Assembly: GCA_003542615.1 (NCBI GenBank)
Contig: DPKG01000014.1
Coordinates: 8,521-72,520 of the forward strand
From: Candidatus Shapirobacteria bacterium
GTDB lineage: Bacteria > Patescibacteriota > Microgenomatia > UBA12405
Length of the DNA stretch: 64,000 nt
Reading direction: 5' to 3'
The position numbers and the translations under genes were made by a program. A model generated the notes under the pieces. That model made no database searches, was not told where the DNA came from, and was given only the letters and a program-made list of their open reading frames with translations. Positions 27,126 to 36,847 of this stretch are shown here, in pieces; position 1 is the first letter of the stretch, and each line of letters begins with the position of its first letter.

Positions 27126-29046
27126 CTTTGGCTAATTGAATAATGACTGATAGACCGGTACTGGTATTGACAGTACCACTGATAGCTCCCTGTTGATAGT
27201 AAGGAGTACCGGATGATTTCCGGACCCAACCGGCGACCGGTTGGTTGGCGGTAAGACTTCGGGTATCGCTAATTTCCCCAATGGAGTTAGTGGCACCGTT
27301 GATAATGGCAAAGGTAGCGGTAATACTAGTACCGGTAGCCGGTGATAAATCGAGAGTTTCAGTGGCAGTATAGGTATATTGATTTTCGTTGGTGACAGTA
27401 ACTTCAAAGGCGCCGTTGTAATCGTCGTCATTGGTAACACCTTTAATAATGACGTAATCTCCACTAGTTAGTCCGTGGGCAGTGTGACTGACGGTGGCGG
27501 TGGTACCGGAACCGGTAATAGAGACAGGAGCTTGGTAAAAATAGTTAGCGTTATCGGTAACCCAAACCAGGACGTTGGCAAATTCGATGACCGAAGCAGT
27601 AGCTAAATCCTGAACGGTAATAGTGGTGGCAACGGTACTGGGCGGAGTTTGGATGGTATCAGTAGAATCGGTGAGCTGATAATTGTTGGAGTCGGCACCG
27701 GCCATGTTGTAAACATAAACGCCACGAGCCCCATAAAATTTACCTCCGGCAAAAGTACCGAAAGGAGCGATTTTTACTTCAATTAATGTTTCCGGAGTGC
27801 CGTTAACGAGAGCGGCACCAGTAGAAGAATCGGTGATGGCTTGATTGTCGGTAAAAGTTCCCCTGACGGTATGGAGAGTCAAAATACCAGTGTTGTCACC
27901 ATTGTAATGGTCGGCGGTGATGATAGCAGTACCGGTAGCGGTAGAAACAGCCAGACCTTGGGTGAAAGCAGCGGTGCGGGTGTCATAAGAGAGACGAAGA
28001 GTACCGACTCCGGTATACTGTTCGCCGTTTAAACCATTTAGAGAAGTGGTAGAGGTGCGACGGGTGACGTATTTGGTGTATTCGTAAAAATTTTTGATGG
28101 TATTGCCGCCACAGTTTATAACTACATCGTAAGGTTGCAGGCCATTGCCATTACTTAGATCTTTGGTGTCGGCGCCAAAGGTAAAAGTGATACCAGAAAG
28201 AGCGGCAATGGTACTGATGTCGGTGGTGTTATTTAAGTCGGTACTGGTAGCCAGAGGGATAGGAGAGCGACCACCGGTGGTCATGATAGTTTGATAATGA
28301 TCGTATAATTTACCGTATTCTCGGGCAAAGATAGTGATTACACCGCTATCATTAAGGGTGCCCTGAATGACAATTCTTTGTAAAATGTCAATGTGACCTG
28401 AAGGCCACCAGGCGGTGATTTTGGTACCAGCTTGGATAATATAAATTTCGGTACCTGAGGCAAGAGTACCGATGGTATAGATATTAGCCCAGGTGGTACC
28501 CCCGGTGGCGGCGGCTAATATTTGGGTATCGATGTGAAAATTACAGGTGACATCGCCGGAAGTAGAATCCCAATTGTCGGTAGCGGCATTGCTGGCAGGA
28601 CGAATGACAAGATACTCACCACTGACAAAGAGAAGGGTACCGGAATCACCATCGGCGTGAGTAATAGTGTTGCCAATATCTCCGGAGACGATATTGGTGC
28701 CGGAACGTTTGATGACAACTATACCGGTACGAACAGTGGCAACGCGGGGATAATCTTTGCTAATTAATCCCCCACCATACAAATGTTGAGTAGTAGTTCC
28801 GTCTATATACCAAGGGTCCTGCTGGTCGTCCAAATCGATAAGGCCAATTTGATATTCCGTGGGGGTAATGGCATTAATAGGAATACCGTCATCCATTTGG
28901 GTGGGTTCATCAAACAGGTCTTGAAGAGCAATGTAAAGTTCTCTGACAGAATAAGTACCGGTAGTACCAGACCAGACAATTCTTTTTTGACGGGTTTCTG
29001 ATAGATAGTAAACGGTAAAATCTCCCGATAGAACAGTGCTTGACAT
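27118..29046 (-). CDS. Phage-structural-like protein (642 aa) with C-terminal beta-sandwich
   Basis: Thr/Gly-rich, no signal; AHGL..GD.V.I.G insert typical of phage tail proteins; VRKSS C-terminal domain. Confidence 0.65.
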   Translation of the reverse strand: MSSTVLSGDFTVYYLSETRQKRIVWSGTTGTYSVRELYIALQDLFDEPTQMDDGIPINAITPTEYQIGLIDLDDQQDPWYIDGTTTQHLYGGGLISKDYPRVATVRTGIVVIKRSGTNIVSGDIGNTITHADGDSGTLLFVSGEYLVIRPASNAATDNWDSTSGDVTCNFHIDTQILAAATGGTTWANIYTIGTLASGTEIYIIQAGTKITAWWPSGHIDILQRIVIQGTLNDSGVITIFAREYGKLYDHYQTIMTTGGRSPIPLATSTDLNNTTDISTIAALSGITFTFGADTKDLSNGNGLQPYDVVINCGGNTIKNFYEYTKYVTRRTSTTSLNGLNGEQYTGVGTLRLSYDTRTAAFTQGLAVSTATGTAIITADHYNGDNTGILTLHTVRGTFTDNQAITDSSTGAALVNGTPETLIEVKIAPFGTFAGGKFYGARGVYVYNMAGADSNNYQLTDSTDTIQTPPSTVATTITVQDLATASVIEFANVLVWVTDNANYFYQAPVSITGSGTTATVSHTAHGLTSGDYVIIKGVTNDDDYNGAFEVTVTNENQYTYTATETLDLSPATGTSITATFAIINGATNSIGEISDTRSLTANQPVAGWVRKSSGTPYYQQGAISGTVNTSTGLSVIIQLAKDE

Positions 29047-29073
29047 TTTCTTATTTTACAATTTTTGAATTGA

Positions 29074-30678
29074 CTATGTAGAGGCAGTGATATCTTCGAT
29101 TAGAGTAATGGTGGCTGAATAGCCAGTACCAGTAATAGTACCCGATGAGCTGACGGGAATATATTTGGTGTCCCCAGTTGAAGATTTTCTAACACGAACG
29201 TAAATGGCGGCGGGAGTGGTGCCGCCATAACCAAAAGAAACTTCACCATTAATATCCGTATCGGTATTTAATAACACGGAATCATCACTGGAAAGACAGA
29301 CAGCGACTTGGGCTGTTTGTATGGGATCGTTGGTGACATCAACAACGGTGACAGAAACGGGGACAGAAGAAACAACACTGGTGGTGGAACCAGCACTGTT
29401 TTGGACGGATATGGTACCGGTAATACCGGAAGCATTGAGAGTAACCGCTCCGCCGGAATTATTATAAATTACTTCATTTCCGGTAGTACCATCGGTAGTG
29501 GCATAGCCGGTAAAAGTATGACCAGAAAGACTATAAGAATTACCGGCACAAGAGGTATCAAGTTCGATGGCATGACTGGTACCATCGGAGACAAAAGTGC
29601 AGGCGGTAATAACTGAGGGATTAGTAGCTAAAATTGATGAGGCAGCAGTGGTATTGGTAAAAGTACAGTCGGTGAAAGTTCCACCACCCTGGGTAACTAG
29701 AGCACATCTTCTAAAAGTGGCGGAAATGACGGTGCTATTTGATTGAAAGATAAAAGTGTTCATGTCGGTAAAGGAGCTGTTGTTGATATTGACATCGGCA
29801 TTAGCAACAACTTCAAAATCACCTTTAGATAATTGGGTGGACAAAAGGGCGGTAAAGTTGACGTTGTCCCAGGTGACGACCGAACTGGTATTTTTTATTT
29901 CAATCTTATTAAAGGTGGCAAAGGTAGCGGGGGTGTCGTCTATGGTAATGTTGATATTTGAGTCGACAAAGTAACAGGCTGCTGTCTCCCCAAAACTCAT
30001 GAGACCTTTCCAGAGATAACCGGTACCTTCTTTTTGAAATAGACCCCATCTGGCTGTTTGCGCATCGTTGACGGCAGCCATGGCAGCAAAATTGCCGTAA
30101 CCACCGCCGATGTTATCTCCGTTGTCGAAAAGTATCTGGCCACGGCCATAATACATAGCATCAAAACCATGCATGGTTCCCTTGGAAATATTAGAAATAA
30201 CATCAGCGGCGGCACCAAAAAAACGATAGGTACCACCATGGCCGGTACCGACAGTATAATCGGCAGTTTTGGCAGGATTAACAGCATAACATTGCCAGCC
30301 ACCATAGGGATTGCGACCTTTATCACTACCACCAACTCTCCATGCGGAGAAGTTTAAAACATCGGCACCAACGATGGCTCTTAAACCTCCGGAAGCGTAG
30401 TTGCTCATAGCGTTAGCTGGTAAAAGAACGTGCCACATAAAAACGCAGGTGTAGTTAGCAGTAAATGAAGCAGATAAAGAAGAGCCATAATCAAAACAAC
30501 CGGAACAGAGTCCGGTTTTATTATTGGTGTCGGATGAACGACAACCTGAACCTTCAATGTAATAATCACCTTCTCCCAGTGGAGCATCTCCAACAGCCCA
30601 AGCCGTCATTTCCACCCAGGTGCCGCTTTCAGCATTAGTGAGAGGGGTTAGATCAGAATTATATGTGGGTACGGCCAT
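29074..30678 (-). CDS. Phage-fibre/adhesin-like protein (534 aa) with probable beta-helix
   Basis: Repetitive F.D/N.TF strands; C-terminal VRKSS domain shared with the 642-aa protein; no signal. Confidence 0.6.
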   Translation of the reverse strand: MAVPTYNSDLTPLTNAESGTWVEMTAWAVGDAPLGEGDYYIEGSGCRSSDTNNKTGLCSGCFDYGSSLSASFTANYTCVFMWHVLLPANAMSNYASGGLRAIVGADVLNFSAWRVGGSDKGRNPYGGWQCYAVNPAKTADYTVGTGHGGTYRFFGAAADVISNISKGTMHGFDAMYYGRGQILFDNGDNIGGGYGNFAAMAAVNDAQTARWGLFQKEGTGYLWKGLMSFGETAACYFVDSNINITIDDTPATFATFNKIEIKNTSSVVTWDNVNFTALLSTQLSKGDFEVVANADVNINNSSFTDMNTFIFQSNSTVISATFRRCALVTQGGGTFTDCTFTNTTAASSILATNPSVITACTFVSDGTSHAIELDTSCAGNSYSLSGHTFTGYATTDGTTGNEVIYNNSGGAVTLNASGITGTISVQNSAGSTTSVVSSVPVSVTVVDVTNDPIQTAQVAVCLSSDDSVLLNTDTDINGEVSFGYGGTTPAAIYVRVRKSSTGDTKYIPVSSSGTITGTGYSATITLIEDITAST

Positions 30679-31117
30679 ATTTTTCGATTAAAAAGTTATT
30701 AAACTCATTTTTAACATCTTGGGCATTATCTCCTTTTTTGAGATAAATTTTGTTAATTCCATTAGTATTGATAATCACTGAATAACCTTGATTCCCAAAA
30801 TTTTTAATCTGTTGTTTGGCAATTTCGGTCATCTCGAAACGGTGGTCTTGGGTGCCAAAAAAAATATTATCATTAACTTTTTCAAATATCATTTTACAGT
30901 GATCTGGCCTTAATTTGATAGAGACTTTTTCCATTTGATGATAGGCACAACGAAATCCGGCACAGGCTTTTGGGCGATCTTTGTAGATTAGACAGCCTTT
31001 TTTAAGAACACAATGTTTACAAAGTTGATTGGCTGGTTTATTAAGACTGCGTACAGGTAATAGATAGCAACACAGGGTACATTGGCCACAGCGATTTTGG
31101 TTTTCAATATTTGCCAT
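30659..31117 (-). CDS. YkgJ-like Cys-cluster (Zn/Fe-S) protein
   Basis: CGQCTLCC...C.HC....GCLIY.DRP.AC..F.C. Confidence 0.8.
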   Translation of the reverse strand: MANIENQNRCGQCTLCCYLLPVRSLNKPANQLCKHCVLKKGCLIYKDRPKACAGFRCAYHQMEKVSIKLRPDHCKMIFEKVNDNIFFGTQDHRFEMTEIAKQQIKNFGNQGYSVIINTNGINKIYLKKGDNAQDVKNEFNNFLIEKYGRTHI

Positions 31118-31241
31118 AAGCTATTATACATTTGAGCTAAACTTTTTTTAATCTATGCTTAACTTAATTAAAAGTTTTGATCATGATAGTTATAAAAGGG
31201 AGAAATTATTTTTAGTTTCGGTGGAGGAAACAGCAGGTCGT

Positions 31242-31709
31242 TTAATCGACTGATGGTTCATCAGTTTTTGGCTGGGAATTGAGGATGTAATTTTTCTTGT
31301 CGGAAAAAGGGTGAATTATACCCGTTATCAAGTAGTAGATTAGAGGAATAAGGAGAAGGGTACTGGCAAAAGCGATAGAAATAGTCCACTGGACGGTGGT
31401 GATTTTCATGCCGGTGGCTAGTTGTTGGATGGCATAAAGATTGCTGAGGATAAAAATAACAAAGAGGGAAATGGCTTTTTGAAAATTAAAGCCACTAATA
31501 AAGGATAATACGAGCCAAACTAGGAGAAAAAGTCCGATGGTTCTGGAAAAAATACCAAAGGTAGTCAGAGGATATTGAGACATCAGAGGAGAATTCAAAA
31601 ATTGGTAAGGATTTTTGACGGTGAGGGCAATTGGTCCGGATATTGAGTCGATGGCGTGGGCTAAGACGATAAGGGCAAAGGTAAAGATAAAGAGATATTC
31701 TTTTTTCAC
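31242..31709 (-). CDS. 4-TM membrane protein
   Basis: Four hydrophobic segments; 4-nt overlap with the Cache gene. Confidence 0.7.
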   Translation of the reverse strand: MKKEYLFIFTFALIVLAHAIDSISGPIALTVKNPYQFLNSPLMSQYPLTTFGIFSRTIGLFLLVWLVLSFISGFNFQKAISLFVIFILSNLYAIQQLATGMKITTVQWTISIAFASTLLLIPLIYYLITGIIHPFSDKKNYILNSQPKTDEPSVD

Positions 31710-32692
31710 CTTTTTTGTAAAAAACGATTATAAATAAATAGACTTAAAGCTATACTAGAGAAATAAGTGAATATAAGTAGGATAACATTTCGCAACACGA
31801 AAGGGGAAATAAATATCAAGGCGTCATCAATCGGAGTTGTAATGGCCAATATCCATTTGGTAGAAGAATTAAGTTTGACAGGTGATGAAGCGATTAAAGT
31901 TCTGGTAAGCTTACCTGTAGAGAAATCGGGGATGACAATATCAAGCTTGGATTCTTGATTAGAGGTCAGTTTTTGACGTATTAGTGGCATAACAATTTTG
32001 TCACCAAGAAAAGGATGTTCGTCGACGATATGAAAAATGTTTTGGTTTACTACTTCTTGTGTAGTACCATTGAAGACATCTCCGTTGGAATTAAATAGAT
32101 AAATACCGGTACGTGGGGAGATTTTTAGAGGTTCAAGATATTTTTCAGTCAAGGAAGGGATAGAAATAGAAACCGTGAGAACCCCAATGAATTTATTGTT
32201 GGAATAAAGGGGAGTGGCGACGGGAATTTTAAAAGTTTGGCCGGCACCAGGTACCCGGGAGACAAATGGCTTGCCAAAAGAAATTGTACCAGGAGGTGAA
32301 CCTGAAGCTGCGATAAAATAATCACGATCTGAGACATTGCCTCCAAGAGAAAGTTTTTCGGCATTACTGGCGGTTAATTTTATTTGACCTTGGATATCGG
32401 TGAGAATGATACCGACAACGGGAGTGTCGGACCAATTATCGACAAAGTCTTGGAGAATTTTAGGAGTGATAATATTATTGCTGGAAAGAATAAGTAAGGA
32501 CCTGGAGGTTAAGTCAATAAAACTACTGATAGAAGATGCTCCAGAACGAACAATAACCTGTTCGCGATGGAGCATTTGCTCAACCAAAGATTTGATACTA
32601 CTGGCTCCGGTAATCTGATATAAGGTAAACGAAAGAGCAAAAAAAATAACAAAAGAAATTGTTGAAATCAGATAAAAAAATTTTTTAGTCAT
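31706..32692 (-). CDS. Cache-domain sensor without cytoplasmic output
   Basis: TM, then VSDRDYF, PFVSRV, VATPLY....FIGVL and IYLFNSNG, then TM and a stop. Confidence 0.8.
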   Translation of the reverse strand: MTKKFFYLISTISFVIFFALSFTLYQITGASSIKSLVEQMLHREQVIVRSGASSISSFIDLTSRSLLILSSNNIITPKILQDFVDNWSDTPVVGIILTDIQGQIKLTASNAEKLSLGGNVSDRDYFIAASGSPPGTISFGKPFVSRVPGAGQTFKIPVATPLYSNNKFIGVLTVSISIPSLTEKYLEPLKISPRTGIYLFNSNGDVFNGTTQEVVNQNIFHIVDEHPFLGDKIVMPLIRQKLTSNQESKLDIVIPDFSTGKLTRTLIASSPVKLNSSTKWILAITTPIDDALIFISPFVLRNVILLIFTYFSSIALSLFIYNRFLQKR

Positions 32693-32744
32693 AATTGCTT
32701 ATGATATAACACGGTATTGCTTTTTGTAATGTCAAAAGATGATA

Positions 32745-33572
32745 TCAAAAAATTGTATCAAACGATTCGTAAGTTTGATTTTCTTTGTCGTTCCAGGCGG
32801 TGGTGAAATCAGACACACCATTACAATAAAGGAAGTCTCCTTCTCCTACCCCACTGGTAGTTTCCCGTTGGATGTACCACTGGCCACTTTGGTCGACAAA
32901 ACCATAATAAGAATAGGTGTCGCTGCTGGTGTCATCCATCTTGCTAATCTTGTAACCATCGGTGGGCTGTTTGGCGGCGGGGTCGATTTTGTTGCCACCG
33001 GTATCTTTAATTGAAATGGTGCCGGGGCCGGGGACAGAACCGAAAAAGGAAGCAGAGGCTTTTTTGGGATTGACCAAAGTGAGGGCGGCAAGACCAAGAC
33101 CGGCAGAACCGGCCATTTTGAGAAATTGGCGGCGGCTTTGGTCGGAGATCTGAACCTGAGTTAAATCTTTTTCGGGTGGCGGAGGGGTGGGTTTGGGGGG
33201 AAGGCGAAAATTAAGATGAGAAATTAAATTTTTGATTTGATTGACCAATTCGAGTCCAAAAAAGAAAACTAAGGGAGTAAAAGTAAGACCAAGAATAAGT
33301 TGAAGAGTAGATTGAGCCACCAAAAGATTCATTAGCCAGATAACGGCGACCAAAAGATAACAAAATAAATTTAATATGGAAAAAATAAATCGGGAGATTT
33401 TGCCGGAAATAAATTTTTTGAAAATCAGATAGATTAATACCAAAGTAAAGGCGATCAGAGCAAGGGGATTATTTTTCCAAACGCCAAAAACAAAACCGAG
33501 AACAAGATTTAAAAAGACAAAAAGGAGAGAGTACCAAAAAAGAATGTGATTAAGAGTTATTTTGATTTTCAT
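32745..33572 (-). CDS. 4-TM protein with internal twin-arginine signal and exported C-terminal domain
   Basis: SRRQFLK at 33117-33137, then a hydrophobic helix and ASA site; start ATG 33572 overlaps the upstream stop. Confidence 0.8.
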   Translation of the reverse strand: MKIKITLNHILFWYSLLFVFLNLVLGFVFGVWKNNPLALIAFTLVLIYLIFKKFISGKISRFIFSILNLFCYLLVAVIWLMNLLVAQSTLQLILGLTFTPLVFFFGLELVNQIKNLISHLNFRLPPKPTPPPPEKDLTQVQISDQSRRQFLKMAGSAGLGLAALTLVNPKKASASFFGSVPGPGTISIKDTGGNKIDPAAKQPTDGYKISKMDDTSSDTYSYYGFVDQSGQWYIQRETTSGVGEGDFLYCNGVSDFTTAWNDKENQTYESFDTIF

Positions 33573-34057
33573 GGAAATTCCTTTAGAAATTGGGACTGGA
33601 CCCAACCAAGTTGGTTGCCGTCCAGATCAAGTTGATACCAACCGTCCTGTTTTAGGCGATAAAAATAAATAGTATCGTAAAAAATATTATTGATGATTTT
33701 ACTTGAAGCCAGAGGTTTTTCGTAGACATCAATTTTTTGCCATTGAGGTGAATTAATTTTAACCATGCCACCAAGAAGAGAGGAACTAAGGGTCGGAGTG
33801 GGAGAACCGTTGGAATTGGCGGAAGTATTTGGGTTATTTAGACTGGAAGCCATGTCTTTTCGAAGGTTAATCAGTTCCCGAAGAATAATTTCAGTTTGGG
33901 AATTAGCATTTAGAGGAGTGGGGGTAATAAGTTCTGACGGAGGAGGTGTTATGTTGGTGGAAGGAGGAAGTGGTTGATTGTGGTCGATGAGAAACTTGTC
34001 GGTAAGAATGGTGGTTAAAACCACAAGGGCGATGGTTTGGAGTTTGGAAAGTTCCAT
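33569..34057 (-). CDS. Membrane-anchored SH3-like domain protein
   Basis: N-terminal anchor, Pro/Thr linker, IDVYEKP...GWYQ....GWV. Confidence 0.7.
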   Translation of the reverse strand: MELSKLQTIALVVLTTILTDKFLIDHNQPLPPSTNITPPPSELITPTPLNANSQTEIILRELINLRKDMASSLNNPNTSANSNGSPTPTLSSSLLGGMVKINSPQWQKIDVYEKPLASSKIINNIFYDTIYFYRLKQDGWYQLDLDGNQLGWVQSQFLKEFP

Positions 34058-34098
34058 AGTTAAATTTTACGGTTTTATATTGGCTTGTCAAAAGTAAG

Positions 34099-35313
34099 TT
34101 GTCGAATATAATTCTAGATGTGGAATTTTGGAAATTTGGAAAGAAAAAAATACAAATAACCGAAGGGGGAGTAATTTTGGAGAAAATAAGAAAATTGGCT
34201 TTTGGGCCGGGATCTGAGCTGAGCGGAACATTTTTCCCAAAAAAGGAAACATGGGAGGCGGTACAGGTGTTAAAAAAAATGGGTAAGTGGAGAGGTGGAA
34301 GTGAAAATGATTGGATAAAACAGCAAAAAATTATAGAGGAGAACCTGTCGACTTTGGCTGAGGCGGGGTTTAAAAGTTTGAGGTTGGTATTGATGCCTGA
34401 TGAACTGATTGGGGAAGGAGGGGTTTATAACTGGAAACCGGTAGAAAAAATTCTGGATTTGATGGTCAAATATAGAATCAGGGCGGATTGGTGTACCGGA
34501 CCGATTGATTATCCCTACAATCCAGGAATAAGATTGCCAAAAGAAGTGAAAAATATATTAAGTCAGGAAATAAAAGAGACAGGAAGAAATCAAATTAAGA
34601 TTTCGATGGGAATAGACCGATGGATGCCGAAATCAAGTGAGGCCATCAGAGAATTCGGATTAAATTTTTTTGAGGCGTTTTTGAAAAGGTACGGAAAGGA
34701 CAAACGGATTGGGAAATTTTACATCGGTAATGAATGGCCGGATCTGCACGGAATTGAGGGGACGAAGGTGATGGCAAATATTTCAAAAGATTTTATGGAG
34801 GAGTTAATTAAAAGAGGACAAAAATTGACGGACAAAAAAATTGCCTTGAATACCAATATTCATCCCAGCAACTTGAGACGTTTAAGAAAAACTTTCAATC
34901 CCCTGTTTGAAATTCTAAGAGATCAGGGAGTATTGGGGATTGATACTTATCCGACAAGAGAAGGGAAAATAAGAGAAATGATTTATAAAAGAAGTGTAAA
35001 GAGAGTAAAAAGAGAGTTTTGGAAACAAGAGATAGAATTAACGGAGTATCAGGCAGAATTGTATGATGATGATATTTCGGGAAAGTCGTGGGCTGAGATA
35101 ATGGAAAAATATAAAAAAAGAGTGGTGGAATTTTATCAGGAGGTGTTTTTTAAAAAGTTGGAGACTTATGCGGTGGCGGGACAAATTAAAAGAGTGGGAA
35201 TGTGGGGAATACCGCTTTTATTGACAGCAAAAAGAATGGGGTATGATTTTCCCTTGGAGATGATGAAAACAATAAGCGAGACAATGGCAAAAAGAGGCGG
35301 AAAGGATAAGTAA
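34099..35313 (+). CDS. Glycoside hydrolase clan A-like TIM barrel protein
   Basis: GFKSLRL, GNEW (acid/base) and TEYQAE (nucleophile) motifs; start uncertain. Confidence 0.6.
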   Translation: MSNIILDVEFWKFGKKKIQITEGGVILEKIRKLAFGPGSELSGTFFPKKETWEAVQVLKKMGKWRGGSENDWIKQQKIIEENLSTLAEAGFKSLRLVLMPDELIGEGGVYNWKPVEKILDLMVKYRIRADWCTGPIDYPYNPGIRLPKEVKNILSQEIKETGRNQIKISMGIDRWMPKSSEAIREFGLNFFEAFLKRYGKDKRIGKFYIGNEWPDLHGIEGTKVMANISKDFMEELIKRGQKLTDKKIALNTNIHPSNLRRLRKTFNPLFEILRDQGVLGIDTYPTREGKIREMIYKRSVKRVKREFWKQEIELTEYQAELYDDDISGKSWAEIMEKYKKRVVEFYQEVFFKKLETYAVAGQIKRVGMWGIPLLLTAKRMGYDFPLEMMKTISETMAKRGGKDK

Positions 35314-35322
35314 AATTATTTT

Positions 35323-36306
35323 TTATATGTCTATGTGGGAACGGAAAAATTCCAGATCGCGGTTTAAGGCTTGGCTCCAGTGGCGGGAAAGATTGTGGTC
35401 GTCGTTTTGATAAGTATAAAAAATGACGAATTTGTTTTGGTCTTTGAGTTTTTGAACTAAATCCTGACCCCAGGAATAAGGAACGGATTCGTCAGTTGGA
35501 CTATGGTGGATAATCAGGGGAATATTAATCTTATCTAAATGATCAATGGCGGCAAAATCAGAGGCGGGATATTGGCTTAATAGTTGATTTAGAGAGGATT
35601 GAAAATCGGGTTGATCGGTGGGAACGGGTAGGCGGCGATTTCGAAAATAAGTGACATTTTTGGGAAAATCTGTAACGGCAGGTGCCCAAAGAGAAATAGC
35701 CTTAATTTGGGGTGAATTTTGAGTTACTAAAAGACTGACTTCAGCTCCCATGGAGTGGCCATACATAAAAATGTTTCTGATATCGGATTGCGGTAGAGTG
35801 CCGAGGCCGGCGATAAGATTGAGGACATCAATGGCATAGTTTGAACGGGAGAGAAATCTGTCGGCTTCTCCCTGGGAATTGGCATGGCCACGAAAATCAG
35901 GTTTGAGAACTAGAAATCCGGAGGAAGCATAATAGGCGGAGGTGTTGACATAAGATCGACTGGTGGAAAATTGTGATGGGGGAATATAGCCGTGGTTGAC
36001 AATGATAATAGGAAAACCTGAGGGAGGGGGATTGTCGGTAGGAAGATTCATGAGAGCATAAAGCTTTAAATTTTGAGAATAATAGGAAACCAGATAGGAG
36101 GTATATCGTGAATGACGGGAAAGAATTTTTTCGGTAGTGATGATGGTATTTGGGTCAATAAAGGAAGAAAGGTTGGAAACAGCGAGAGGGTGGAGAGCGG
36201 GGGTGGGAGTGGGGAGGGCTAATTGTTGGAGAGAAGGTGAAAATTTTTTAAAAATGAAAAAAAGAATAAGGGCGGTGATTAAAATTAAAGGAAACAGTTT
36301 TTTCAT
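35323..36306 (-). CDS. S9-like alpha/beta hydrolase (secreted or anchored)
   Basis: HGY, GHSMG, DESVP and DDHN catalytic triad pattern. Confidence 0.88.
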   Translation of the reverse strand: MKKLFPLILITALILFFIFKKFSPSLQQLALPTPTPALHPLAVSNLSSFIDPNTIITTEKILSRHSRYTSYLVSYYSQNLKLYALMNLPTDNPPPSGFPIIIVNHGYIPPSQFSTSRSYVNTSAYYASSGFLVLKPDFRGHANSQGEADRFLSRSNYAIDVLNLIAGLGTLPQSDIRNIFMYGHSMGAEVSLLVTQNSPQIKAISLWAPAVTDFPKNVTYFRNRRLPVPTDQPDFQSSLNQLLSQYPASDFAAIDHLDKINIPLIIHHSPTDESVPYSWGQDLVQKLKDQNKFVIFYTYQNDDHNLSRHWSQALNRDLEFFRSHIDI

Positions 36307-36371
36307 AACGAATATTATATTTTAGTATATTATTGTGTTGTTTTTGGTAATAATGCTAGAATAAGTTAATT

Positions 36372-36833
36372 ATGAAAAAAGAAAAAACTCAAATCCCCTC
36401 TTCCTTGGATGAATTAGAAGGTTTGTTAAATGAATATTTTGGTATAAAGGCACCACAATTGCCGGAAAATGTAAAAGAGATTTTGGTGAAATTCGGACCT
36501 TATATTACTTTGGCTATTTTGTTTTTTAGTCTTCCTTTTATTTTGGGAGTGTTGGGATTGGGAGCGGTGATGTCACCATTTGCAATGATGGGTGGAGCAA
36601 GATTAGGGGCAGGATATATGCTTGGAATTTTGGTAGCGGTGGTGAGTTTGGTGTTGGAAATTGTGGCTTTACCGGGATTATTTAAAAGAGAGATAAAAAG
36701 CTGGAGAATGTTGTTTTGGGTATCGTTGGTGACAGCGGTCGGGGCGATATTCAGATTTGATTTGGGAGCTTTGGTGGTGGGTTCGATAGTGTCTTGGTAC
36801 TTTTTGTTTCAAATCAGATCTTACTATAAATAG
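36372..36833 (+). CDS. Conserved membrane protein
   Basis: Four TM; KAPQLP....E.LVK..P and YFLFQIR motifs. Confidence 0.75.
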   Translation: MKKEKTQIPSSLDELEGLLNEYFGIKAPQLPENVKEILVKFGPYITLAILFFSLPFILGVLGLGAVMSPFAMMGGARLGAGYMLGILVAVVSLVLEIVALPGLFKREIKSWRMLFWVSLVTAVGAIFRFDLGALVVGSIVSWYFLFQIRSYYK

Positions 36834-36847
36834 AGTTATAATGGTGG

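Noticed and set aside
23429-31117. Intact prophage
   Set aside because: No integrase, terminase, portal, capsid, replication or lysis genes are recognisable, and the block is embedded among host-type membrane genes.
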